Assembly (NCBI GenBank): GCA_964601085.1
Contig: CAZRLN010000004.1
Coordinates: 13,614 to 77,613, forward strand
Reading direction: 5' to 3'
Source of the DNA: an uncultured Veillonellaceae bacterium
Lineage (GTDB): Bacteria; Bacillota; Negativicutes; UBA1444
DNA length: 64,000 nucleotides
Part shown: positions 36,045-45,564 of the stretch, piece after piece
Layout: every line of letters begins with the position of its first letter
Numbering within the stretch: position 1 is the stretch's first letter
Made by a program: the position numbers and the translations under genes
Notes under the pieces: model-generated
Seen by the model: the letters and a program-made list of their open reading frames with translations, nothing else
The model's database searches: none
Told to the model about the DNA's origin: nothing

Positions 36045-36714
36045 TATGGCGGCCGTTGGAGCCCTGACATCCCTGGCCGGAACGATCGGACAATACAGCG
36101 CGGCGCAGGCAAAGGCCAGAGCCCAGATACAGCTGGGCGAAGCACAGGCCAGCGCCTACGAGGCAGCGGCCAAAATCAGCGACCAGAATGCGGCGATCAG
36201 CAAACGGCAGGCGGAGAACACCGTGGATCGCGGAGCTCTCGCACTGCAGCAGCTGAGGCAGAGGGCGCGCAGTGTGTATGCGTCGCAGCGGGCAGGGTTC
36301 AGCGCCAACGGCCTGGCGACGACCGACGGCAGCCCGGCCGCTGTGCTCGAAGATACGGAGTTTCAATATCTCATGGACGCCGATGCGCTGCGATCCAACA
36401 TTCAATGGGAGAAATGGGGCTATGACGTCCAGGGAACGAACTATCGGAACCAGGCGGCGATGCAGCGATCCGGAGCGGCGAACGCCAGATGGGCGGGAGA
36501 AGTCGGGGCGGAGTTCAGCCGGTACGAGGCGAATCAACATCTGTTCTCCGGGATCGCCGGGCTCGGGATGAATTATATGAAGTCAGGTTCTTCCGGATCT
36601 GGTGGCGGGAACAGCGGTGGGATAGTGGTGCAGGGCGGCAACGCCGGCAGAAACTACTACAGCCCATGGAAGAGCCCGAAATCAGCGTTTGAATATAATC
36701 CCTGGAGGTATTAG
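36034..36714 (+). CDS. gp14-position internal virion protein
   Basis: 226 aa with a hydrophobic N-terminus, Ala/Gln-rich coiled coil and Gly/Ser-rich tail. AGGGGTGA RBS. Confidence 0.45.
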   Translation: MCVNMAAVGALTSLAGTIGQYSAAQAKARAQIQLGEAQASAYEAAAKISDQNAAISKRQAENTVDRGALALQQLRQRARSVYASQRAGFSANGLATTDGSPAAVLEDTEFQYLMDADALRSNIQWEKWGYDVQGTNYRNQAAMQRSGAANARWAGEVGAEFSRYEANQHLFSGIAGLGMNYMKSGSSGSGGGNSGGIVVQGGNAGRNYYSPWKSPKSAFEYNPWRY

Positions 36715-36716
36715 AA

Positions 36717-38990
36717 ATGGCGAGAATCGGTGGCGGCGGGCCAGTTCCCCTGTATCAGCGGCAGATTCAAGAACAACCAATGCCAGCGGCAAAGATGGCC
36801 GACGTCGCGGACCCAATGGCATTCGGAGCCGGTGGCGCCCAGGCGGCGCTACGAGGCGCGGAACAGATGGGGAAAGATGGACGGGATACCTTTGCCCTGG
36901 GCATGTTGATTCAGCGGCGGGCGCGGGAGTTAAAACAGGAAGAGGATCAGACGGCGGCGCTGGACGCGAGCAATCAGTTTATCAACGAAGCCAACAACTA
37001 TCTATACAATGACCAGACCGGCGCTTTACAGAAGCGGGGCAAGGATGCTATGGGAATTGCAAAGCTGGCCAATGACGATCTCGACAAGCTATCGAAAAAT
37101 ATTGGCCAAAAATTGACGAACCCCGACCAGCAGAAGATGTTTAGCCGGCTAGTAGCTAGCCAGATGAATTCCGTTATGGGTGAGGTTTTTCGTCATCAGG
37201 CCAAAGAAAAGTATGTATATGACGAGCAGACGACGGCGGCATCAGTGGATGGACTGCAACGCTCCATGATTATGACGGACTCCGTGGATAAATATATGCA
37301 AAATCGGTCCATGATGGAATCCGTCATACGGAATCGCTATGGTTCGCGCGGTGAGGCTTTTGTTAACGAAATGCTTTTCAAGGCGAATAGCGACGTGCAT
37401 TTGAAAAAAGCTAACAACCTGGCACTGGACAGCTACGAGTCCGGCATGAACTATTTAACTGCCCACCGTAATGAAATTGACCCCGGACAATTTTCTGCCA
37501 GCGCCAAGATATTCACGGATAGGTTAAAGAAAATCACGTACGACCGGCAAGCGGACTCGCTTCTGGACGCCGCTGGGAACAATCTGCCGGCGGCACTGGC
37601 GAATATTCGCAGCGGCGGATCGGCGCCGCCGTCGTGGACACTGTTAAAAGCAGCCGGAGATCAACAGCTGGGAAAACCGTATAAATTAGGCGGAGACGGC
37701 AACCAAACCACCGACTGCGGATTGTTCACGATGGAAACGTTCCAGAAGGTTGGCGTGAATTTAGGTTCGCGCGACGTGTCGGAGCAGGCCAGAATGCTGA
37801 ATGACGGCGGGAAATATTTCACTGATCGTTCACAGCTGCAACCAGGCGACCTGGTTTTCTATAAGAACACCTACCAGCCGCCGGAAGGACACGGCTTTCA
37901 AAACATCACCCATGCCGGAATTTATGCCGGAGACGGTAAAATCCTGCACGCCGGTAGCACAAAAGGGGTATCTTACACAATGATCGAAGCGCCGGGAGAG
38001 ATCGCCGGTTTCGGCCGGGCAGGAAAGCAGCTGTCGACCGAAGAGCAATACGAGCTGGAAACTGCCGTTATCTCCAAGTTTGGTAAACGCAAATACATCA
38101 AGGATGCTGCAGAACATGACGAATTGATCCGGGTTAAAAATATGCTGGCAACAACCGCCGATCCAGGAGTATGGCGGGAAACGATCGACAGTTCGTCTCT
38201 TGATCCTTACATCAAGAAGGCAATGATTAAATCGATGGTGGAAAACACGGAATCCACCGACCGGGCCAAGATGGCACTGATCACGCTGCGGGCCCAGGGA
38301 AAGCTGACCACGGATGCCGTGAACCAGTTCTCCGGCGAGCTGTCCAAGACGGATTTGTTCCGATTCTGGGAAGATGCCGTGAAAGCCGGGGTCGGCAAAG
38401 ACGACAAGGTGTCGGAATCGGCCAACAAAAACATCCTGCAGTTAGTGGATGAGTTGGGCAACTACAAGAAGGAAGAAAAGGATGCGCTAAAACTATCCGT
38501 TATGCAGCGGGTCGATGATGAAGGGCTGACCGGTTGGGCCCGGCAGTCCCGGGCCAAAGAGTTGATCGAGGAAGACAAGAAGACAAAAGGCGTGGTATTC
38601 AAGACGCATTTTCAGAACACGGAGCGCCTGGGCTGGCTCAATCAGTCCTGGGATCCGCGCGAGGTGGAACTGGTGCTCGCGGGTCAGCGAATGCAGGACG
38701 CGGCGATCGGGGCCAAACGCGAACCGGACACTTACTACACCGAACAACTATTGATGTCGGTCAACCGAACCGACCCCGTCCAGCAAAAGGCCGTGGATTA
38801 TCTGATTGCCATGCGGCAGCCGATCACGATCCGGAATCTGAACATGGTGGCCGGGGCGGTGGATGCCTTGCGTCAACAGAACGCCAATTTGTCGGCGGGG
38901 AATATCAGTGAGGCGCTGCGGCGGAATGTTGGAACCGGCTATAACAAGATTCTACTCTATGGCGATATTCCCACCCAAAATGAAAGGTAA
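36717..38990 (+). CDS. gp15-position internal virion protein carrying an NlpC/P60 peptidoglycan endopeptidase domain
   Basis: 757 aa. NlpC/P60 signature GKPYKLGGDGNQTTDCGLF...GDLVFY...ITHAGIYAGDGKILHAGS (Cys334). Confidence 0.75.
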   Translation: MARIGGGGPVPLYQRQIQEQPMPAAKMADVADPMAFGAGGAQAALRGAEQMGKDGRDTFALGMLIQRRARELKQEEDQTAALDASNQFINEANNYLYNDQTGALQKRGKDAMGIAKLANDDLDKLSKNIGQKLTNPDQQKMFSRLVASQMNSVMGEVFRHQAKEKYVYDEQTTAASVDGLQRSMIMTDSVDKYMQNRSMMESVIRNRYGSRGEAFVNEMLFKANSDVHLKKANNLALDSYESGMNYLTAHRNEIDPGQFSASAKIFTDRLKKITYDRQADSLLDAAGNNLPAALANIRSGGSAPPSWTLLKAAGDQQLGKPYKLGGDGNQTTDCGLFTMETFQKVGVNLGSRDVSEQARMLNDGGKYFTDRSQLQPGDLVFYKNTYQPPEGHGFQNITHAGIYAGDGKILHAGSTKGVSYTMIEAPGEIAGFGRAGKQLSTEEQYELETAVISKFGKRKYIKDAAEHDELIRVKNMLATTADPGVWRETIDSSSLDPYIKKAMIKSMVENTESTDRAKMALITLRAQGKLTTDAVNQFSGELSKTDLFRFWEDAVKAGVGKDDKVSESANKNILQLVDELGNYKKEEKDALKLSVMQRVDDEGLTGWARQSRAKELIEEDKKTKGVVFKTHFQNTERLGWLNQSWDPREVELVLAGQRMQDAAIGAKREPDTYYTEQLLMSVNRTDPVQQKAVDYLIAMRQPITIRNLNMVAGAVDALRQQNANLSAGNISEALRRNVGTGYNKILLYGDIPTQNER

Positions 38991-39000
38991 CGGAGGATTT

Positions 39001-42000
39001 ATGAACGATAATGATTTTGTGCCACTGCCAGACCGCCGGTCAAGCCTGTCGGAACTGTTTGAACAAACACGCAACCTATCGCCGATCCAGGCGGCGGAAA
39101 TCATTCGCCTGTCCGGGAGGTTCGGTGTACCGACGGACCAGGTGGCATCCGCTTTCGACGCTTTTAAGAACGGAGCGATCGATGATGTGGACTGGGATGC
39201 CATGGAGCGAAACTCTCCCCGGACAGCGGAGTTTCTGCAGGATCCTTATTATATGGCGACGATCCGCAATCGGACCCGGCAGCTGGAGGAGATTGAAGGA
39301 GCCTGGAAGCCGTGGAAAAAGCTGAAGGAAGAAAGCAAAAATACCACCAGAAGCTTGCTGGGCGGATTAACCGGGATGTGGGAATCGTTTCTGAACTCAC
39401 CGGCCACTCCGGCAAACTACATCGGCAACGAAATCGGCCAAGTCACCAGACTACAACCACAAAGTCAGTTTATCAATCCAACGGAACAGCCTGGTTCGCC
39501 AATTCGCCTAGCGCAAACGCAAAATCAGGCGGATACGCTGCGCGGCATGATCAATTCGGATTTACTGAAACCAGGCACTCCCGTTACATCTGATTGGGGC
39601 GGCAATATCCCCGGGCTGAATCATACCTGGGGGCAGCTCGGTCTGGAAATGGTGGGGATGCTTCCGCAGATGGCCGGGCAAATGGCCGCGTTTGCGCTAG
39701 GCGGACCGGTGGGCTCGTTCGCGTTCAATACGACGATGATCGGTGGCGGTCAATATCTGGATCTGACCGGCGACAAGGACAATCCCGTGGATCCGCAGCG
39801 GGCCCTGGCGGCATCACTAGGCAACGCCTTGACGCAGGCATGGATGGAAAACCTATCGTTGGCCAAGATGTTCAAGAAACTGCCGGCGGGATCTTCGCGG
39901 GCGTTCCGGTGGCGGGAACGGGCGGAATCCACCATGACCGAGGCGCTCACCGAATGGATACAGCAATATCCGGAAGCCGCGGCGGAAATCTTTGCCCAGA
40001 ATCCCGGCAAGAGCCGCGAAGAGATGGCGTCTCTGTTCGCCAAAGATTTTATAAAGAACACGCAAGAAGGTCTGTTTCAGGGGCTCGTAGCAGCGCCGTT
40101 CGGTTTTCTGGGCCGGTCCGTTACGTTGGCCGTGCAAGAAAAAGCTGTGCAGGAATTCGTGCGGCAGCGCGAGGTCGTGCAGGACAAGATGCGCAAGTCC
40201 GAACTGCTCGGCGTCAGCCCCGAAGTCTTGCGCGATCACAGCAACCAGGTGTCGGGCGACGCGTCGATCTACATCGATCCGGCGGCAGTAGTTTCCCTGT
40301 ATCAATCCGATACCATGGCGCCGCAAGAAATCGAGGAAAAGCTGGGCGTTACACTGAATCAGGCGTTGGTGGCGCAAGAAAATGGCGAACTTCTAACGGT
40401 ACCAGCTGGTAAGTATGATGTGGCGGCCGCGCAGGATCCCCAGATTCATGAAGCTCTAAAAAACGACATCGCTCCCGACGAGCATGGGATTACACTGCGC
40501 CGGGTCGGGGAGAGGGAAGAGATTGGGCGGCAGGAAGGAAAACAATCCGCCGAAGCGCTGAAAAAACAGCGGGAAGATCTCAAGGTTGAGCGGGAAATGA
40601 TAACCGGACAGCTGCGCGATGCCGGGGTGTCGGCAGAGGTGGCGAATGCCACGGTGAACCTTTTGGTTCGGAACGCGATGGTCATGAGCGCGGATCCCGC
40701 TGCCTGGCTGCGGGAGAAAGGCCCGCTATTCGTCCGAGGCAAGAGCGAGCATGCGATGCTGGCCCAGCTCAATGAAGACGTGGATATAAATTCCACGGTG
40801 CCGGTGATCAAACTGGATGGCTTGGCAGCGTCAATGAATGCGTCGCAATTAACCAAGTATGTACAAAGTCTGGCTAGCCAGCCGATCAGCACGGCGGACC
40901 AAAAGGCGATTATGAATATCGTTCCCGGAAGGGAGAACCTGAAGCATATTGTATGGTCCAGCCGCAAGTCCCAGCGGTTTACTCCGGAACGCAAGGCGGC
41001 GCTGAGCAGTATCAAAGATCTGATCGAAAACGCCGTTTTGATCGAAAGCCAGACAAACCAGAAAACAGACAAAAAACCGGGAGCAACAGCATATCACCGC
41101 TTCTATGTCCCGGTTGAAGTCAATGGTGAAATTCGCGCGATCCGGATCGTAGCCGAAGAAACGAACGGATCCATAACCTTGAATCCCACGGATGTGAATC
41201 TGTATGACGTTTTGGTGGAGAAAAACATTCGAAGCCTTCTCCCGGCGAGTCAAGCCGCTAGCCATAAAACCGGCGACGACATAGGCCAAAAGGAGAAAGC
41301 CTCTACTATCACTATACGCCAGATGCTCGACGGTGTCAATGACATGGACGGGCAACCCTACATCTCCGACACTTACGAACCGGGGAACCTGCTGCAGGCG
41401 GAACTGGGCTACAATTCCCGGATCAAGCGCGGCGGTTTCTCCTGGCACGAACAGCGGCCGGTAATTACTTTGTTCGAGCGGGCTAACACGTCGACGATCA
41501 TCCACGAGATGGCCGGACACTATTTCATCTACAACCTGCTGGGCGAAGGCGGCAAGGCCGACGCGGCGGAATGGATGAAGGCCGACCGCCGGACGATGTT
41601 GGAATGGGCGGGAGTCAGCGAAGACCAGTGGAACGATCTCTGGGCCAAGGCGAACGAGGGAACCAAGGACGAGTGGAATATGTCCGACGCGGAACTGGCG
41701 GAATCCGGTGATCGCTCCGAGATCCGGCAAGCGGTCCGGCAGGTCCGGGAAGCGCATGAAAAGATGGCGCGGGCGGCAGAGGTTTATTTCATGACCGGTG
41801 AGGCGCCGACGGTGGACACCCGCTCGATCTTCCGGAAGTTCAAGGACTGGCTGACCAAGGTATATTTCGACGTGACGCGCCTGGGCGTGGAAGTACCGCC
41901 GGAAGTCCGGAAGGTGTTCGACCGGATGGTGGCGACGCAGGACGAGATCGAGCAGACCGAGGCGCTGAATGGCTACCACGCGAAGCTGCCCGAGTCGATC

Positions 42001-45000
42001 TATGATTCCCTTTCGGAAAAGGCCAGGGACGCCCTGGACCGGACGATGCAGAACGTGGCGAAGGTGGCGCATGAGCGACTGTCCGGCCGGGTGTTGGCAG
42101 ATCTGCGCGCCGATGTGAAGAAGGACATGGCGGCCATGTTCGACAAGGTCCGCCAGGACGTAGAGGCGGAACGCGCCGACAACAATGCGCACCGGCTGCT
42201 GTCGGAGATCGAGCTGCCGCTGACGGCTGATGAACAGGCCATGCTGGACCTGGCCAAGGCGGAGGGAGCAGCGCCCCAGAATCTTTTGGCCGCCTTGAAC
42301 CAGGCGCTGATGTCGGAAATCAAACGGAGCCGGAGCACGGACAACCGGCTGGCGGTGCAGGCGCTGGAACAGGCGGTGCGGGCGACCCACTACGCCATGG
42401 AAAAGACCAAGACGATCGCCTGGAACACCCAGGAAAACACCGACATGGCCAAGGCGGCGGAAGTGGCGGTGGCGCGGTTCATGGAGAATGACCGTGTGCG
42501 GCCGGCGGAAGTGCTGGCGCCGGATCAGGTATTTGACCGGATGGGCCCGGAATTTGAGATCATGGCGGAAGCGGCCGGGTTCGATTCGGCGGCGATGGCC
42601 AAAGAGAAGATTCGAGAGCTGCCGCCGATCACGGACGAGATCTCTTTCCGGGTGACCGGTTTGGTGGCGGATAAATACAACCTGCTGCGGGACCGCGACG
42701 CAATCCACCAGGCGGCGGAGGAATCGCTGTTCAACGAGGACGGGCTGCTGCAGCTGGCCATGGAACAGCAGATTATGGAGGAGAAGCTGACCAGCGTCAT
42801 GACCCGGGAGGCGGCGCGGGAGAAGACGCTGCAAAACCGGGAGATCGCCCGGCGCCAGGCGAAGGACATGCTGGCCAAGAAGCCGCTGGACGAGTCAATG
42901 CGGACGCGTACCTACATGGCGGCGGTGACCCGGGCGGCGGAGAAGGCGTCATGGTATCTGGCCAAGGGCGACATCGAGGCGGCGCTGGAGCAGAAGAAGC
43001 TGCAGACGCTGAATCATGCCCTGGTCCAGGAGTCGATACGGATCCGGGAAGAGTTTGACAAGACCGACCGGTATTTCAAGCGTCAGCGCGTATCTGATCG
43101 CAAGACCTGGGGCACGGAAGAACATTGGCAGCAAGCGGCGGATTTGCTGTATCGGCTCGGGTATCGGCGGGCGGACTTTACCGGCAAGGTGACGGAGGCG
43201 CTGGCCTCGTATATCGGTCGCATGTCGGAGGAAAACCCGGACATGCTGGCGATCGAGGACTGGCTGAGCGTAACCCGCGACATCATCACCCCCCGAAAGC
43301 TGACGCTGGATCGCTTGCTCGATGTGGCCAACGCGATCCGGAACATCAAGAGGATGGCCCAGTATGGCGCCGGTGGCGATAGGATGTTCACCCAGGAGGC
43401 CGGCCTGGTCGAGGTGACCAACAACCTGGTGGATACGGCGGAAGAAAACGCCAAGGATGTGCAGATCGACCAAATGGGCGAGCGGGTTAAGCCATCGGTA
43501 TACGCCACGTTCATGGCCGGGCTGCGCAAACCGTCGCTGCTGTTCCGCAAGCTGGATCCGGGCGATTTCGGCCCGTGGTCGAAAGCAATGTATTATGCCT
43601 TTGCGGCAGCGCGTGACGTCGAATCGCAGTTGCTGCGTCGCGTGTCGACCAAAGTAGAAGAGGCGTTTCAGCGGGCGGGACTGACGAAGGAAGACCGGTA
43701 CCGCGACGCCCATGAGAAGATCTATGTCGCCGAATGGGGCACGTCGGTGACCCGGAACATGCTTCGCGCCGTGCTGCTGAACATGGGCAGCAAGTCCAAC
43801 CTGGAGCGAATGTTGTCTTCAGAGCCGGTCGGATACCGGTCGCAGACGCCCTGGACGTTGGACAACATCACGCCGGTGCTGGAGAAGTACCTGGCGCCGC
43901 GAGATTTTCAACTGGCCCAGGATATCTGGGACGCAATCAATCTATATGACGAGTATTCGGCCATGGTGAAAAAAGTGACCGGGTTCCCCATGCAAAAGGT
44001 GGACCCGACCCCGGTCACGTTCCAGGTCGGTGGCTTGACGATTCCGCTGCGGGGCGGCTATTATCCGCTCAAGCAGGACTCCCGGGCCAGTAAGCAGGCA
44101 GAAATGAACGAGGCGAAGATGCTGGCCGGTGGCGGGGCCGGAGATTATCCCTATCCGCACACCGGGGCCAGCAAGAGCCGGGTGGCGGGAGCAATGTACC
44201 CATTAGATTATGACCTGGGCAATCTGATGGGATCAGTTTCCCGGACGGTGCACGATATCGCGTTCCGGCCGGTGGCGCTGGACATCAACAAGCTGATGCG
44301 CCAGGACAGCATCAAGGATGTCATGCGGCGAAAGCTGGGCGACGCCAACTACCAGGTGATCACGAAATGGCAGGAAACCGTCATGCGCGGGCAAAACAGC
44401 GATGTCGATCGCGGGCTGAACGACGGGCTGGCGCAAAGCGTCCGGCAGCGCGTGGTAATATCAAATCTTTTGCTGCGAGTGAGCACGGTGTTTCAGAACG
44501 CCGCCAACTTTACACTATACGGCGGCGCGGTGGAAGGTTTCGGTGAAAGAGACGCCTTCTCCTCGTTCATAAAATACGGGGTGTTCGAATATATTCCCAT
44601 GGCCTTGTCCGGGCAGAACGGAGCGGCGGAGATCAGGCAGTTCGTTTACGAAAAGTCGACCCTGATGCGGGACAAAATGGATAGCCCGGACTATTCGCTG
44701 ACGGAATTGTTGTCGCCGCAGGAGAACTTGCTGAACAAATCTCTCATGGATAACGGGTTAACGCGTTCAGCAGGAAACAAACTGACCGCCACGCAGGACC
44801 GGATCGTGAAGTTTGGCAGCCAGATCCTGGCCTTTTCCGATCAGTTAACGGATATCTCCATGTGGCGTGGCGCGTATTTTAAGGCGATGAACGAAGGAAA
44901 GACCGAGGCGGAGGCGGTCCGGTTCGCCGATACGGTGATCGAGCGCAGCACCGGGACCGGCCGAACAATCGACACGGCGGCGATTCAGCGAGGAAGCGCG

Positions 45001-45552
45001 TTCGAAAAGCTGTTCTCGATGTTCTACTCGTTTCTCAATACGCAGTACAACCGCTGGGCCATGGAACGCGACATCTACCTGAAGGAAAAGGATGTGGTGC
45101 GGCTGATGTCGTTTGTGGCGACCAAGTATCTGATGTTCGGCATGATCTCCGCGTTGGCGTCGTTCAAAGTTCCGGACGACGACGAAAGATGGGGCGAATG
45201 GCTGGTGAAGGAGGTACTGGAATGGCCGCTGTCCATGGTCCCGATCGTCGGCGCTCCGACAAAGATGATGTTAGATCGTGCGTTCGGATTCCGGACTTGG
45301 GGATATGACGCGACGCCGGCGGAGCGAAATTTGGAGAAGATGACGGCTCTGATCGGCAAGGCTGCAAAGGTGGCGAATGGGGACAAGGAGGTTGGGGATC
45401 TTGTGGAACCGGCCATGGAGTCGGCCTCGTTCATCTTCGGTTATCCCGATCAGATCAACGACTGGTTCATGAATGCGTATGATGTTTTGAGCGGAAACAT
45501 GGCGCCGCGGCTGACGGATCTGGTTCGCCGGCGTCCGAAAAAAGAAAGGTAG
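39001..45552 (+). CDS. giant (2183 aa) gp16-position internal virion / DNA-ejection protein, polyvalent-protein-like, with HExxH motif
   Basis: GGAGGA RBS before ATG 39001 (the ORF opens at 38863 but overlaps the upstream gene). HEMAGH at 41503-41520. Position is between the internal proteins and the fibre. Confidence 0.6.
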   Translation: MNDNDFVPLPDRRSSLSELFEQTRNLSPIQAAEIIRLSGRFGVPTDQVASAFDAFKNGAIDDVDWDAMERNSPRTAEFLQDPYYMATIRNRTRQLEEIEGAWKPWKKLKEESKNTTRSLLGGLTGMWESFLNSPATPANYIGNEIGQVTRLQPQSQFINPTEQPGSPIRLAQTQNQADTLRGMINSDLLKPGTPVTSDWGGNIPGLNHTWGQLGLEMVGMLPQMAGQMAAFALGGPVGSFAFNTTMIGGGQYLDLTGDKDNPVDPQRALAASLGNALTQAWMENLSLAKMFKKLPAGSSRAFRWRERAESTMTEALTEWIQQYPEAAAEIFAQNPGKSREEMASLFAKDFIKNTQEGLFQGLVAAPFGFLGRSVTLAVQEKAVQEFVRQREVVQDKMRKSELLGVSPEVLRDHSNQVSGDASIYIDPAAVVSLYQSDTMAPQEIEEKLGVTLNQALVAQENGELLTVPAGKYDVAAAQDPQIHEALKNDIAPDEHGITLRRVGEREEIGRQEGKQSAEALKKQREDLKVEREMITGQLRDAGVSAEVANATVNLLVRNAMVMSADPAAWLREKGPLFVRGKSEHAMLAQLNEDVDINSTVPVIKLDGLAASMNASQLTKYVQSLASQPISTADQKAIMNIVPGRENLKHIVWSSRKSQRFTPERKAALSSIKDLIENAVLIESQTNQKTDKKPGATAYHRFYVPVEVNGEIRAIRIVAEETNGSITLNPTDVNLYDVLVEKNIRSLLPASQAASHKTGDDIGQKEKASTITIRQMLDGVNDMDGQPYISDTYEPGNLLQAELGYNSRIKRGGFSWHEQRPVITLFERANTSTIIHEMAGHYFIYNLLGEGGKADAAEWMKADRRTMLEWAGVSEDQWNDLWAKANEGTKDEWNMSDAELAESGDRSEIRQAVRQVREAHEKMARAAEVYFMTGEAPTVDTRSIFRKFKDWLTKVYFDVTRLGVEVPPEVRKVFDRMVATQDEIEQTEALNGYHAKLPESIYDSLSEKARDALDRTMQNVAKVAHERLSGRVLADLRADVKKDMAAMFDKVRQDVEAERADNNAHRLLSEIELPLTADEQAMLDLAKAEGAAPQNLLAALNQALMSEIKRSRSTDNRLAVQALEQAVRATHYAMEKTKTIAWNTQENTDMAKAAEVAVARFMENDRVRPAEVLAPDQVFDRMGPEFEIMAEAAGFDSAAMAKEKIRELPPITDEISFRVTGLVADKYNLLRDRDAIHQAAEESLFNEDGLLQLAMEQQIMEEKLTSVMTREAAREKTLQNREIARRQAKDMLAKKPLDESMRTRTYMAAVTRAAEKASWYLAKGDIEAALEQKKLQTLNHALVQESIRIREEFDKTDRYFKRQRVSDRKTWGTEEHWQQAADLLYRLGYRRADFTGKVTEALASYIGRMSEENPDMLAIEDWLSVTRDIITPRKLTLDRLLDVANAIRNIKRMAQYGAGGDRMFTQEAGLVEVTNNLVDTAEENAKDVQIDQMGERVKPSVYATFMAGLRKPSLLFRKLDPGDFGPWSKAMYYAFAAARDVESQLLRRVSTKVEEAFQRAGLTKEDRYRDAHEKIYVAEWGTSVTRNMLRAVLLNMGSKSNLERMLSSEPVGYRSQTPWTLDNITPVLEKYLAPRDFQLAQDIWDAINLYDEYSAMVKKVTGFPMQKVDPTPVTFQVGGLTIPLRGGYYPLKQDSRASKQAEMNEAKMLAGGGAGDYPYPHTGASKSRVAGAMYPLDYDLGNLMGSVSRTVHDIAFRPVALDINKLMRQDSIKDVMRRKLGDANYQVITKWQETVMRGQNSDVDRGLNDGLAQSVRQRVVISNLLLRVSTVFQNAANFTLYGGAVEGFGERDAFSSFIKYGVFEYIPMALSGQNGAAEIRQFVYEKSTLMRDKMDSPDYSLTELLSPQENLLNKSLMDNGLTRSAGNKLTATQDRIVKFGSQILAFSDQLTDISMWRGAYFKAMNEGKTEAEAVRFADTVIERSTGTGRTIDTAAIQRGSAFEKLFSMFYSFLNTQYNRWAMERDIYLKEKDVVRLMSFVATKYLMFGMISALASFKVPDDDERWGEWLVKEVLEWPLSMVPIVGAPTKMMLDRAFGFRTWGYDATPAERNLEKMTALIGKAAKVANGDKEVGDLVEPAMESASFIFGYPDQINDWFMNAYDVLSGNMAPRLTDLVRRRPKKER

Positions 45553-45564
45553 GGTGGCGAGATC

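Noticed and set aside
38863-39000. Upstream extension of the giant ORF, giving a 2229-aa version that starts at 38863.
   Set aside because: It would overlap the last 128 nt of the preceding gene and has no ribosome binding site. ATG 39001 follows GGAGGA at the correct spacing, right after the upstream stop.
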